From NCBI GenBank assembly GCA_012295275.1, contig CM022673.1, positions 18,166,001 through 18,230,000 of the forward strand: a DNA stretch of 64,000 bases, written 5' to 3'. Within the stretch, counting starts at the first letter, position 1, and each line of letters starts with the position of its first letter. The notes beneath the pieces are model-generated. The model was not told the origin of the DNA. It saw nothing but the letters and a program-made list of their open reading frames with translations, and did not search any database. This DNA comes from Chrysomallon squamiferum. Taxonomy: Eukaryota > Animalia > Mollusca. This document shows, piece by piece, positions 35,100-50,754 of the stretch. The position numbers were made by a program, and so were the translations under genes.

Positions 35100-35340
35100 T
35101 TTGTTTCGTCTGTGGGTATTTCCTCCATCATTTGGATCGATGAAAAGCAGTCGCTCTGTCGATAACTGGATATTGTCAAAATCATATTATGTTAGAGAGC
35201 ATAATTATAGTTGTAATGAGTATAATGGTATGATGTTGTCGTCTCCTCCTTATTTTATTTTATTTGTCTTGAGAACAATACAAAAGTTAGTATATATGAA
35301 CATCAAATTTGAAATATAAATAATTAATTTTGCTTCAAAA

Positions 35341-35392
<52 letters not shown>

Positions 35393-35588
35393 TCAGTAAT
35401 AAACAATGGCATAAATTCAAGTATTTCGAATCATTGTTTTAACTTTTTTTTTAATATCTTTGACGTCTGTTTTTCCTTTTACATCTTTGCAATTAGCTCA
35501 TTATAATCATCATGATCTTCACTGTCACCTTGTTATTTTATTCACATAACTGTAAATATTTATATTTATAAAACTTTTGTACTAAACA

Positions 35589-35620
<32 letters not shown>

Positions 35621-36169
35621 GTGTTTAGAAACTGTGCAGACTTTCAGTAGCGTAATAATTAATGTCGATGTATTTTAGCAGTGATAGCAGAAGCATAAGT
35701 TAAAATAGTAGTAATGGTTATATGACACTTACAGGATTGTGGTAACAGTACCAGTAGCATTTAGTAAATATTTAGTAAATAGTAGTTAGTGACATGTAAT
35801 AGCAGTGGTTGTAGTATACGGTATAAGTCTTAATAGTTTCTTTTACTCCATTAATGCAGCTAGTAGTGCCTAAGCAAAAATAAATAAATAAATAAAAACT
35901 AGACTTCTGCATGTATAATATGGCCCCTTTCTAGAATAAAATTAATATATATATTTTTTAATAGTAATAGCACGTGCATTACGTCTATGCTTGTAATAAT
36001 AGCAGTTTAGAATAAACAGAAATCATTTATCACTAATACACACGAAAGCATTTCAGTACTGTCTTAAAACGGAAAATTTTATTTATAAATATTTTACTTC
36101 TTTTTATTTAATTTATATTTAAAAATATTTTATTTATTTTTATTTAATATCAACATAATTATATTTAAT

Positions 36170-36481
36170 GCCTGTCCGAAATTCTCCCTCCCGTCCGGGC
36201 AGTAACAAACGGCCGGTTTTACTGACGTCATCGGCTATCGTTTCTGAGTGAAAATTACTGTAAAATAAAGCTAAAAGCTTCGCTTTACTTCCGATCAGAG
36301 CCAGATTTGTTACTGCGATGTGACAAATCCTTTGTAATGCGTCTAAAACGTTATTAACATTCTCGCGTGCAGCAACAGACAAATGGGTTGTTTGAAACAC
36401 TCAGAGGGTCTTACGGCGTCCTGATAGTATTTTCATGATAGTATTTTCAGTATGTAATATAATATTATTTATAAAGTGAGT
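36170..36481 (+). promoter_or_regulatory. CpG-rich promoter candidate with possible plus-strand first exon
   Basis: Local GC/CpG enrichment, full CRE TGACGTCA at 36223-36230, ETS-like ACTTCCG near 36287, donor-like AAA|GTGAGT at 36476; about 1.1 kb upstream of the minus-strand gene's ATG. Confidence 0.5.
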
Positions 36482-37493
36482 ACTTCGATTTCTTTTGACA
36501 GATTTATATCTTATATATTGCCAGTCGGCTAAAAACTAAAACCATTTATATCATCTAAGTTATCTCCCATGACGATCAATTGCTTCCCTTTTTTTGTCTT
36601 TCTTTGGATAAAATTTTGAACGAAAAGAGAATTTAAACGAAATTTTTTTCAGAACGACTTTTGTTACTTCTAAATTTAATTTTCTGTTTATCTCTCTATC
36701 TGTCTATCTTTCTATCTGTCATCATCATATATTTTTATAAATAATATTATTTGTAAATGTATTCCTTGTGAATAAGAATTTCGGAATGAGAAAAAAAAAA
36801 AAAAAAAAAAAAAAAGAAAGAAAGAAAGAAGAAGAAATTGAATTAATTACCTTTTTATTTCGTGTTTATGTGTGTAACAACAACAACCACAACAACAATA
36901 ATAATAACTACCACTACTAAAATAATAATCATAATCATAACAACAAAAACAGCAATAATAATGGCAATAACGACAACAACGATAATAATAATAATTACTT
37001 CTTCAATAATAATGACAAAAGAACAACAACAGTAATGACAATAACAAAAGATACAACGAAAACAACAGCTAATAATAGTAATAATATACTAAAATCCTCG
37101 TTGGAATACTTTTCGATTTTTAACCTTTTCTTTAGGATAATAAAAAGAAAGAAAGATAGAAAAAAAGAAAGAAAGAAAGAAAAAACCACCTATAAACAGA
37201 AAATCTTGGTTAATGAAGTCTAACGATCGGAAAATAAATAATTGTAGAGAAGCTGGATTGATAATCTGTAGAACTTCGGTCATCTATCAAACTGATGTCG
37301 TTAATGTCATACGAGATAAACACATCTTTATAAAACACAGAAGGGAACCACGTAGTCTGACAGCGCTAAATCATTTAACGTCACGTGCAATATCACCTCG
37401 TGTTTCTTCTTGTAGTCATTTAACATTTATTACCAGTATTTTCTTATTGCTCTTGTCGTGTGGATTTTGTTGTTAGTGCTACTGTTATTGTTA

Positions 37494-37540
<47 letters not shown>

Positions 37541-39412
37541 AATAGTAGTAGTAGTAGTAGTAGCAATAGTAGTACTAGTAGTTGTAATAGTAGTAGTGGT
37601 AGTAGTAGTTGTAGTAGTGTTGTTGTTGTCATTATTATTATTGTGGTTGTTGTCACTGTTATTTATTTACTTACTTATTTAGTTATTTGATTATTTATTT
37701 ATTGTTTTATTTATTTATTATCGTTTCTCATCGTTCTGACATTTCTCATTTCTTCTTGTTTTTTTATTTCTTTGTTTATTTCTTTTTCACTTTTCATATT
37801 TTTATCTTTTTTAAGGTTTATTTTTTTTTTCTAGCTAAAATTTTCTTTTCAGTTTCCATTCTACTTAATTTTTTGTTCACATTATTTCTTTTTCCCCTTT
37901 TATTCACTTTATCGAATATCAACTCTTCTATTGTTCATAGTATGTCGTTAATTTTATTTACTTTTTTTAATACAATTAACATACACGATAAACCATTTCC
38001 AAACCATGTTTACAAAATGTTCGATAACTGATCATGTTTTCTGCTTTTTATTCATGTTATCTTTGCAACGAACTGAATTTTCTTATTCTTCTAATGTTTT
38101 TTTTTTTTTTTTTAAATTTTTTTATAGTTAAAACGGATAAAAAGTTGTTGTTGCAATTCGCTGTACTTCACAGCACAGTTTTCAAATTATCGGCCTTTCG
38201 CTTTAACGAATTGATGAATATGAACATTTATTAATAAATAGACAGTAATATCAATAAGTAATTTTTCAACGGTAAATAAATAGTATATACGTAAATATTA
38301 AAAATAAATTTATAAAATCGAAAGAATGGATTAATAAACAAGCGAACGAAACAAAAAAATAAATAAAATATCGACCGAAATTCAGACACGAAGCAATCAT
38401 ACACATGAGATATACATATATTTACAGACACGGACATTTCGTTTGTAATACAATGCTATGATAAACCATACAAATTAATTACAAGTAGTGAAATTCCGAA
38501 ATGTAACGAGTTTTAGAAAAACATTCAAATATCGACCCAGGGTCACGCACTGTACGGCATTACATTTTTTTATAAGTTATATCTTCTGTTATAAATGTCA
38601 CTGTTATGCGTTACGGATCGTTCCCCTAGTAGTACACAAACGTAATAAAAAAGATTTGGGTTATTAACTCCAGAATTGAGCAAAACGCGCCAGTAAACCT
38701 AAGTAATTGTCTGTCAGGGAAAAGTAACTCATCTTTCATAATACAACAATATACATCTGTTTATTGGCAAAGCAGCAACATGGCTCTTAATTCAAGTTTT
38801 GTCACAACTGTTTGACTAGTGTACATAACGGGAGAGATAAAATCAGATGATTAAATAGCGGCGCATTTTCTTGTTTTCTGATGTCCCGTTATGAGGACAA
38901 ACGGCCTATTCACATAACAAACGAGCAGAGTTTGACGAAAACAAAAACTAAATAATAATAAAAAAAAAAAAAAAAAAAAATTGATCATTTTCCAGCTTGT
39001 ATTGTCATAATAACATCATTAATAAGCTTTGGATTCAATATAAGGATTTTGAATTTTTTTTTTTTTTTGGGGGGGGCTTCAATGTTCATAGATTTAATGT
39101 GCGAAAATAAAACGTAATTATACACGCTCACGATGTTCATACACAGACATGCGCGTAACTACATGGTTCGAACTCTCTTGGCATAATTTAACACTTAAAA
39201 ATAGTCCCAGCTGATCGAAAGGAGGGGTTTAAATTTTGTCTAAGCCGTTTGGATTACCCCAAAAGTATCAAAATACGTAAATAAGTTCAAACTAACAGCT
39301 GTGATATTTTTATTTGACTCAATTAAATATTTATGAATTTATCAAAATTTCATTAGCATATAGGTGACTTACACAAGATTTAAATAATTTATCATGCTCA
39401 ATTTTTTTTTAC

Positions 39413-39454
<42 letters not shown>

Positions 39455-39545
39455 CACATTTGTGGACGAAGGATGGTTAAAAATTGGTAAAAATTACAAA
39501 TAGATTGAAACTTTCGAACGAAATTAATCGAACCAGTAAAAATAA

Positions 39546-39583
<38 letters not shown>

Positions 39584-42019
39584 GAATAAAATTTAGCTCT
39601 GTTTTTGTAATTTAATATGAGGGTAATATTACGTGTATTTGCAAATTACAGTTACATATATTCAGAAAATAATGGAATATTTCTCAGCATGACAACCAAA
39701 AACTGCAATTCAAAATTTATATATTGCAAATAGTTCAATATAATAATGACGTAGAATAATTAAAAAATAAATAAATAAATAAATAGTATAAATTTCCATC
39801 ACCAACGACTACACTTGAAATTCTGAACCATATTTCCACAGTATTAACACTGTGTTAGGAGAAATCATTGAATACTAAACTATTCAAGAAATCTAAATTT
39901 TATTCTTTATGGAATGAAACTTTAAATTTTCTTAACAAGCTCAAAGAGTTGCGTAAACCATTGTGGAAACCCAATGAGAATCAATATGAATCAAAAACAT
40001 GATTTCTCAAAACGTGTGTCCACTAAAAATGGTCAAGCTACAAGTATCCTGGGGACAGAATCATTCACTGATCATTGTGAGTCATCTGAATGTGGAAACA
40101 ACGACTGAGCTGCCATTGACTTTGTTTTTGACTCAACATCCACAGCAACCAGAATGGAGCCACGACATTAACCAGCTTGTGTCTTAACTCATACAGACAG
40201 ACAGAAAGACAGATTCAATATATAATTATGTTTCTCTTTGTCTGTAACATGAATTAAGATAAATTGCTATGCATACTTACACACATAATACATAATATAT
40301 ATATATATATATATGTAAATTCATAAATATGTATGTATCTACATATATATATATATATGTAAACATACACACACATACACACACAAATATATATGCATAC
40401 CTATTCACATGTACATACATATATCCGTACTTACATGCATATTATATGCATATATACAAATAAACAAAAAAAAACAACAACAGATATTCAAATAAAACAC
40501 CTTCATTCAGATACAAATACTTACACAATTACACGCAAACAAACCTGTAGACAAATTCAGATACGTATACGCAAACGAAAAAACAAATACAGAAATATAG
40601 GCACGTAGACACAAACATAAGCAAACACACATATATACACAAAAACACACACAGAGACGTATATATACACGCACATACAAAAATGTACACACGTACACAC
40701 ACACAAACATACACGCATCCATACATGTACGTATATATAGGTTTTAAATGCAGACACATAAACACAGAAAAACACACACAATCAAACATATTGGTAAATC
40801 GACGTAAAACGTGTATACAGACAGCTATGTAGCCAGACAAACCTATACATACACATTAAACACAAACACATACATATATACATTCACACCTATGTACATA
40901 CATACACAAGATACACGAAGATTGTTAATTACACACCTTATGACATATATAAGAAACAACATGTGCAAACCCGTCAAAAAAAAAACAAAAAAAACACCCA
41001 CATGTAAATACACAGAATTACCAAAAAGAACAAAACAGAAAAAAACGAAAGAACACACACACACAAAAAACCCTCCCCATTTCTTCCTTCTTTCTTCCTT
41101 TCGTTTTGCTTTCCATCCTTCATTCAGTCTTTCTCTTTTCAGATTATTTTCTTTCTTTCTCCTCTGTTTCTCCTTTAAGAATCTTGTTTTCCTCCACGGT
41201 ATATTACTCATCTTTGTGTCAGTCTGTCTGCCCTACTCTTCCCTGCTGGTTGGACAAGACAGTTTATTAAAAGTGATACAAAATCGTGACATTTTAATCA
41301 AACTTTGTTAGTCGCGGCATTCTTGCTGCTCTTCACCATGAAGCAAACTTAATTAACGTTCTCGCAATTTCTAGTCATTTTTTTAGCCCCTTTTCAAAAT
41401 GCCCTAGGATATTTTAGTGCGATAGATTTTTTTTTTTTTTTTTTTCTTGCGATGGATTTTTAATTTTTTTTTTTCTAACATTGATCAACTGTCGCTGCTG
41501 GTTCTAACAATAAACAAATTAAAAAGTCTGAAGGATTTGCAATAATGCAACTTGTGCGGAAGTGACATGTTTGAAAATGGCACGTGCAAAGGTTATTCAA
41601 GGTCAAGTCTTTAGCTGAACTGTCACGTAGATATTTTGTTTCAGTTTGATATTTTTACAGAGTGGTGTAAATTAAGTTTATTTTTTAAAAATAAAAGAAT
41701 GTGCATGTAGACAAGTGCATTTTCTCTAATCTTCTTGTATACTGAAACAATATTAAAAGATCCACTATATTTTTAAAATTTATATATACATTATAAAAGA
41801 TAATATTGTAAGTAACGCCTCGGATGTGTGTGTGTGTGTGTGTGTGTCATTTGCATTTTGTATTTCGCCAAAGGCCTGTCTTTGTTTTTCTTTTCTCTTT
41901 TGAAATAATTATGACTCAGTCAATTCAATGGTTTTTTGTTTCGAAGCAAAATCTTTTATTTTCAGATACTGTTGAATTCATTTTATTGCTGCTTTCTTTT
42001 TCTATTTTTTTTTTTTTTA

Positions 42020-42084
<65 letters not shown>

Positions 42085-42717
42085 TGTTATTGTTGTTGTT
42101 GTTGTGGTGGTTTTGTTTTGTTTTCATTTCCTAACCTTTCAAAATGTATTTTAAAATAAATGTTCCATTATGTGCACGTAAAGTAAACATAGCTGCTAAA
42201 TGTCAGACTAGAAGTTAAAATGAAAGATAACTGAAAATCGATGAAATTAATGTTAATACTCATCTGATCAGCGATATGGAATTACTTTAATTACTACTGC
42301 TTTTGTGAAAACGCCTTTAATTGAGATAAAAACACAACAAAAATAAAAGTGAAACAGAATCAAAGGACTTAGATATTTTCAGATGTAACTCGATACAGAA
42401 AAACACAACGTTAAGATTATTTCTAATGACAGGCATTTATAGCTAACTTCCGGTAACAGGTAAACCAGTGTCACGTGCTTCCTGTCAACAAATTGGGGTG
42501 TCATTTTGTTTATTACTGCAGCGTTTGGTTTAGATTATTGTTAGACATTTATTAATTACTTATTTTTTTCTTTCTTTTTTTAAATTTTCATGTGTGAAAT
42601 ACGTCAAAAATGACGAGATTCTGGAAAAGCCTTTCAGCAGTGCAAGTGAAATTCAGATTGGTTCTTTAAGTTTCTTTTATTTTTTTCTCACTGATTTTCT
42701 TCTTCTTCTCCTTCATC

Positions 42718-42788
<71 letters not shown>

Positions 42789-45700
42789 AAAAAGAAGAAG
42801 ATGAAAATGTAAACTAAGAATTATTGTAATTATTGTTCTAAAGATTTCAGTCATTCTTTGGAATGGAATCACCTCTGAGGCAGAAAGAAAGATCTGTTGT
42901 TTTGTCTTGTATACGTCTACTTTATTTCGGTTTTACCATCTTCTTCGTCAGACATCACACACGACGAAATGGACGATATTAAACGATGCTATTTTTAACT
43001 CAACCAAGCATTATAATTGAAACTTAGAATCGAATTAGGAAATAATTTCATTATTCAGAACGTGACAGCTCAAAGATGTCCGCACAGTGATGTTGTCTGC
43101 TTGGCTAATTCCTTCTCCACGAATGTATGAACCACTTGGGTCATTTTCACCTCGGCATGCCCTGTCTATCTCACTTACTTTAGACTGCTACTGGTTGATC
43201 TTTACTATTCCCTGAATCGGTTACGGTTAGAAAATATACACCTTATCAGCGTATTAGAAAGTATTCAATTTCAGCTGATAAATGAATAATGTACATGTAT
43301 TTTCTTGATACCCTTGATTAATTTGTTTAAAAATATATATTAATTTGTGAATAATTAATAAACCAGTTTTTTTTACAATAAGTCTATTTCTAATAGTTTT
43401 TGAATAAACAAACTGTGCCAATTAGAGGCTGTTACAACTAATAATATTTAGTATTTATTATATGACTGAATACGGTATCTTCTTGTCATTGTCTTTTGGT
43501 GTCTTAATAAACTTGCTCCCTTGTCACAACAGTTTAAGATTTCTGTTAATGTGTTATTAAACAACAATTCTGATTTTTATTGTTAAATCTCCCACCATCA
43601 AGTAACAAGCTGGTGTTACTGATCATATGTGGGCATCAATATTGACTGAATCTTTATCTGTCGCTAATCTTCACAACATCCACTCTGAATCTGTGCTATA
43701 TCCAGTGAGCTCATTAAACAGATATAAACACGCCATCATCATCATTTCGTTTCGGAGATGCTTTCTAAGCCGTTTGACCAATTGTGTTCACAGCAAATGT
43801 GTTTGAGCCCTTGATAACATCAAATTTAATTTACATCAGAACAAAAGAAGTATTTGTCTTTTGATGTAGTGAATACCACAGCAACAACAACAAATAAAAT
43901 CATTGTCGAACTTTCTTGTCTTGTTTCTCTGTAAATATTTTTATGTCTGATAAATTAAGAGAAGCATTAAACAAAGCGAGTTAGTGTTTTTTAATGAAGG
44001 ATTTTATTTAGCAACTAATAATTTTATTTAAATCAACTTCAGTTAATAATATTTTAATTTATTATTTAAAGAACATCAGATGTGATTTCGTTTCATTACT
44101 AACCTCAGTATAAAATGGATTAATTAGAAATAATATAATATTTAAATAACAATCAGAAAGACAGAAATGTAGACGGACACGAAAACAGTTTGACAGATGA
44201 AAAATGAAAAGTTAGACAAGAAGGTGGATAGACCCACACATGCAAGCAAGGGGCCAGACAGACAACTGGTTAAACAGCAGTTAACTACAAGATCCAGAGG
44301 AGACCTTCGGGCAATTTTTGTATAAAATTATTAGTTAAGTGATTTCTAAGTTGATCTCACGTATTATCGGTAATCTCGGCTGGTATCGATCTCTGCCGAC
44401 GATATTTGATTATTACGATGACCTGCCTGTGTCTATTTTACATAAAGATTGCTTTAGGCAAATTACTTTCACTTGAAGTTAATACATTTCTTGTCACCCT
44501 ACACTTCTCCGTACTCAGTTTGAAGATAATTATAAAAAGTCCACATTAAAACTGGCAGTCTGAAATGGCCATGGATTTAACGATAGTCATGGTTTCTGTG
44601 CAGCCCGCGCCTGGTTCAGAACGCAGAGCAAACGTGAATTCGTGCTTCTAGGCCGTTTCAGTAAAGCCGACATAATTGGTAAAGGACGCCAGCGAGTAAT
44701 CAATGGCAAATCTATTTTGGTGAGTAAGTGAAAAGAACCCCCAAAATCCTAACGGAAGAGTATTTCAGTGTATTCGCAATTACTGCCAGATAGCAATAAG
44801 CTCTCGCCAATTTGGACTGACGAGATCCATAGCGAGATGGCCCAATTTCATAGCCCAGCTGAAATCTTCAATAGCGCAGGTCATTCAAACACTGCAATCA
44901 TTGTCACTTGCCCAGCTATTTCTGGAAATTAGGAAAATGTACTCTGTTACACTTTCAGTTACAGTCTCCTAAATGGAAAAAATTATATATCTTTATCGTC
45001 CTCGCATATATTAATATATTAACAGCTACTATCAGTCAGTCCAAATTGATTCTTTGAAGCATATCAATTCAAGAATCATGTAATGTGACTGAGACATCTT
45101 TCTAAGGACGGCGTATACTACATAAATAGTGTACTGATAAAATTTACAAACAACAGTTAGAAACACAGCCAATACATTGCCCTTAAGACTGGGAACCACA
45201 GGAGTTTTACATATCCTGTTCTAATCAAAAAACCTAAAGTCTAAATAATCTAGTAATAAATTATCTTACTAGGAAAACAACGGCAATGCTATTTAACAAA
45301 CTACCAAAACTTAAGTAACATCTAAAATATAACTGATCGAAGAAGGGAATCCTACAGCAGCAACAAATGAGAACAAAACCACCAGCACCTTAAACTGACT
45401 GATTAGTAAATGAGAGAGATAGCTGAAGTTAATACAACAACAACAACAACAACAACAACCACAAAACCAACATCAACACCAACAATAACAACAATAATAA
45501 TAACAACGGTAACAATAATATAATAATAATAACAATAATAATGAAGAAGCTGCTACTTCTGTTGCTGGTGTTGCTGATGATGATAAATAAAAAAAAAATA
45601 AGCATAACAATTCAGAATCAAGCTGTTTTCTCCACTTCTTCCTGTCATCATCATCGTTGTTGTTGTTGTTTGTGTCGTTGTTGTAGTTGTTGTAAAAGAC

Positions 45701-47893
45701 TGACTGAAGCGCGGAACCTAACTTTTTACATGAGAAGCTGACAATACGAATACAATACAATTTATTTATATGGGTAATATCTTCAAGACGTAGGATCTGA
45801 TCAATATTTTACAGTATATATATATATATATATATACGAGAACATTAATTTACTTCTTGCGAAAGAGAGTAAATACTCTTTAAATGATTGCAAAACTACA
45901 GGTTACTGTGATTAGGGAGAGGTCAAAATTAGACGACCCTCATTTCTCTATCCGTCGCGCCAGCGATTGCGTGAATATGACTACAGACCATAAATGTTAT
46001 CTCTATTTTCCTTTAATAGCACAAAATAATGCATTAATCAGAATATGCACATTAAGTAAGCACACAAAATAGCATTAATAAAATAAGTAAGCTGACAAAA
46101 AAATGTTCTCAGAAGAAAGAAAATTAATAACATTCATTATATTCTATTTTCTTTTTGTTTGTTAAAAGAAAACGAAAGACAAGCTTTCAAAGCGATATTG
46201 ACAAAAAGATTAACCTTTTGGCAAATTAGATCATGGAAATGCCATTGTCGACTGCACTGATACACGCTACGTAAGCAATTAACTCCGCCGTAACAAACAC
46301 TGACTGCTGCACATTACCTCCTGCACGGCAAGGAATCTTTCAAATTGATTGGGTGGGTGAATTTGATTCGATTTTCCCCCTCGTAATTCACAGCTACGTT
46401 CGAGTTAACTGCAAGGAAGACTGGAAACGTCACGAAGTTTCGTTTACTTACACGATTTTAATGACAGACTTGTGCAAATTACTGATGCCAGTCTACGATG
46501 ATTTCAGAATTAACTAAAAGGAAATGAAAGCAGGTTCTATTAATAGCATTCTGTTTATAGAGGTTTATCCATCTGCACGGGATAGAAATTAGGATGGACG
46601 CGACATCAAGATATTTGATACTTATATTAAAGCAGAAACATGCATTCGAATCTTTACTGACGAAATAATGTAGAAATTAATGATATTAAAAAACTATCTC
46701 CATTAAAGAGAGCTATGAGGACACACACACACACACACACACTAAAATTCATGCAGATAAAAATAAAAAATAAAAACAATTTTCAAACAATGAATGAAAT
46801 GAGTAAAATCATCGTTTTTAATGTGACCTTTTCGAACACAGTCATCACAAAATACTTTCCTAAATACTACCAGGACGAGCCACAAAAAGGAAACGGATTT
46901 GTTTTTTCTTCTGTTATTATTATATCTGTTAAAGAGCAGAAAAAATTCATTAAGTTACTATTCATATCGATATTTTTGCAATTCTCTTTTGAATTCTTAT
47001 ATTTCTCTTCATTTTGCTATTATTATTATTATTATTGCCGTTGTTTTTGTTGTTTAATCTACAGGCCTTTTGGGATGAAAATTTAATCAATGACTATATG
47101 AGGAATTAGCTGGCGTGATAATAGCCTCAGTTAGTTGTAGGCCTATCAGATGTTAAACCAGCGGAACTCGGTCCCGTCCTGAAAATAATACACAGTTCGA
47201 ACACTGATGAAAAAACCTAGTGCAATTAGCGATGAAAAATATCAGACGGTATTACACTAACGACGACAACAGGTCGCCCTGTGACATTAAAACTCCCTAT
47301 TGTTCTTGTCGCTGTAAATCGACCATATATCACAGCAAACGATCACTGAGAGCTGCTTGGGAAGAAAGGCTCAATTTTTCTTCCATTGTGAGATTCTGTT
47401 TGTCTCGATTCCCCCACTTCATTCCGCGCAAGCTTCAGACATATTCAGACGCGAAGCAAAGTAATCCTCTTTCGCAAATAGCCACTTCACACCAGATGAA
47501 AACGTCTCGAGTAAAATTAATGTTGTTGATGTCGTCGTTTTTTTCTTCTTCTTTCTTTTTTTCTAACTAAGGATTCGTGGAATCCTAAATCCAAAGATAT
47601 CGTCTTAAGACATTATGTAAATAGTTAAAGTTCAGGGTATACAGACAGTGAGTTGTATAAACATTGGTTTAAAAAATAAAGTCGACTAGAATAAGAGTAA
47701 CAACAGTGAAGATTTTCAGAAAAATTGACTTGAAATAATCATGTTTATCATGGACTGCGTCTATTTGTACATGTTATTTCTGTATGCTGAGATTGTACTG
47801 CATGTTGCGTTACTTCAGTAATATTATTACTTATTGAAAATTATGTTTTTTTTCTTTTCTTTCTGTATTTAGCGAAACATAAAAGTCTTCATT

Positions 47894-47972
<79 letters not shown>

Positions 47973-48335
47973 ATAAAAAACAGACAAATCCAGACCGTAT
48001 TATTAGAAAACTTGATCGGACAAGAACCCGAGGTTTGACGGAGGACCGGTCTGTCGGTGAATGATCAGCTGGTGTCAGGGATGTTAATAAAGTAAATCCG
48101 AGTCAGTAGTTACGTAATATGTCTGTCACAGGATGTCACTTCCTCGGCAAGACTAAGACATCACTACAGTATTGTAAACGTCGGTTTAAGAGAATTTCTA
48201 AACAAAATCTCACTTGTAGTTGACGTCTGACAGACTGTGTGGTTCGTGTAGTACATTCAATGAATTGTAGGAACGTTTTCCTTTTCCACCAGTACTCTTA
48301 ATTTAGTCCTCTCGTTGTTTTCATTCATTTTCCCG

Positions 48336-48443
<108 letters not shown>

Positions 48444-49232
48444 TTTACATACACTAAATTACATTATTACTTATACATACTGGACCAAACTGAATTGTGA
48501 CCATTTGCATGTGTATTAAATCTTTACTAACAACACTTCATTAACGAAACAAGAAAAAACTTCATTTTTTTTTTTTTCATTTACAGTAACCATCAACAAC
48601 AACGATAACTCATTCTTTATTATGCCCGCATTAGAATAAAAGGGAATGTCATTACTGTATGAAAGTAAATTAAGAAAGTAATGGTGAGGAGGTTTCAGCT
48701 GGTTGTGTAGTTAGCTCAATCTGTCGGGAGACAAACTTTATGTGGTAATAAAAGCGAGGTTCTGTAAAGACGATACTGCTGAAGATTGTTACCGGACTCT
48801 GAAGTAACGTTATCAGTGATGACGTTCTATTGATTACCAAACCGTTTTCAAATTGTCCTCACACTCAAGAGCTAACCGCAAACTCGATAACTCTCATCTT
48901 CCTTTCATTTTATTTTATTTTTTAAAGTCGAATGTGACAGCTGCAATGCACGACACATTAAGAATCTACAATATTTTCGTAATTTTTTCTGCTCTGGGAA
49001 CGTTTCATTTAGATCTGTACACGTAATAAATATATTAATAAAAATGTATGTAGAAATGAAGGTGCGTAAGAATGGGGGAAATAAAAGAAAGAAGAAAATG
49101 GTTAAGTGGTGAAGAAATTTTCGTAGCAGAAGATGATGATGTTGATGACGACAATAAGGAAAAAGAATAAAAACGAAAAAAGAAGAAAAAAGATTAAAAA
49201 AAAAAAAAACCGAAAAAGGAAACAAAGTATAA

Positions 49233-49307
<75 letters not shown>

Positions 49308-49924
49308 AATAAATAAATAAATGAAAAAAGAGATGAAGAAAAAGATTGAGAAAAAGGAAAAAAAAAAAAAGAACAAAAAAGAAAGAAACGGAAAACGAAA
49401 AATGTACAAGAACAAAAAATACAGTATATGAAAAAAAGAAAATAGAACAAACAGGAATGAAAACGCTAACTAGGAAGAACAATTAGATACATTTTAACAG
49501 AGACAGAAATGAAAAATTTGCCTAGTTGCTATCTATTGACACTATCAAATGTTCAGTGACAGCAGAGACAAGTCAACCGAAATTAAAAAAAGAAGTCAGC
49601 GCGGGAAACAGCCATTTCTGCAGACAGTTTCACAGAACCCATAACTGCAGCCATTACTCAAATAAAATGCTATATAGGTTTTATCAAAATTTGGTTACGT
49701 GTGTGCACTCCTGTATTCAGGTCTGATTTACTTGATGTCAGTTAGGTTAAAGATGTTATTATAACAAACTCAGTCGGGAGAATGGACGAGTTTTAAAATG
49801 TCGACGTTTAGTGATGTGAAAATCACGTTCTATCTTCAGACGAACTTTTTGTCTGAAGTGCCAAGAAATTAGATCAGCCATTACGATATTAACACAGCCG
49901 AGGTCGGACTTTTACCAGAGATAC

Positions 49925-50113
49925 AGTTTGTATGCGAGGATGTGGGAAAGGGAGGGCGCACGAGGCACATGCTCCCATAACCAAACTGTTATCGTTTTAA
50001 CTTTTTACAACTATTTTTTTTTTTTTTTTTTAATAATATAATTAAATTAATTTCTTATTGAAAAAAATTCTACCTTCATAACATCCTCTTTCGTCACATT
50101 CTGGGTCCGCCAT
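49925..50113. mobile_element. Possible degenerate MITE remnant
   Basis: gggagggcgcacgaggcacatgctccc and terminal ctgggtccgccatt resemble common invertebrate non-autonomous elements ending ctggatccgccactg; left terminus not recognisable. Confidence 0.3.
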
Positions 50114-50159
50114 TATTTAGTTATTTTTCGGATACAATTTGTTTTCGTCGCACGTCACA

Positions 50160-50345
50160 TCGAAGTTGATCGAGACTAGACGGTATTGAACGAGACTAAA
50201 CAGAAGTGATCAAGACTATATTGAAGCGAGCGAAACTAAATAACGCTGCAAGAAAATGATTGATTCTAACACACGCCAAAAATAACCGACAGTGAACGAG
50301 ATTTAATACAAGTTGTTGAGACAAATTGGAACGGATCTGAACTAA
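50160..50345. repeat. Degenerate ~20-bp minisatellite
   Basis: Recurring ga(a/t)cgagacta(a/g)a core at about 20-bp spacing. Confidence 0.6.
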
Positions 50346-50435
50346 ATGTTACTAAGTGATAATACAAAAACTGAATGTTAATCGGAGAAAGAGAACACAT
50401 TTATAATCTACAAATATTTGATGAATTGTTTTAGC

Positions 50436-50562
<127 letters not shown>

Positions 50563-50662
50563 ATGTCAAAATAAACAAACATTGAAATATATTAAGGTTT
50601 AAAAAACTGAAAATAGAAAAAAGAACGTAGGATTCAACAGTGAAACAATGTGAGTATTTTCT

Positions 50663-50754
<92 letters not shown>

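Noticed and set aside
36140-36400. 86-aa minus-strand ORF over the CpG islet
   Set aside because: No recognisable domain or splice partner; better explained as promoter sequence
40260-41070. Several ORFs in a CA/TA-rich block
   Set aside because: Degenerate (CA/TA) low-complexity sequence
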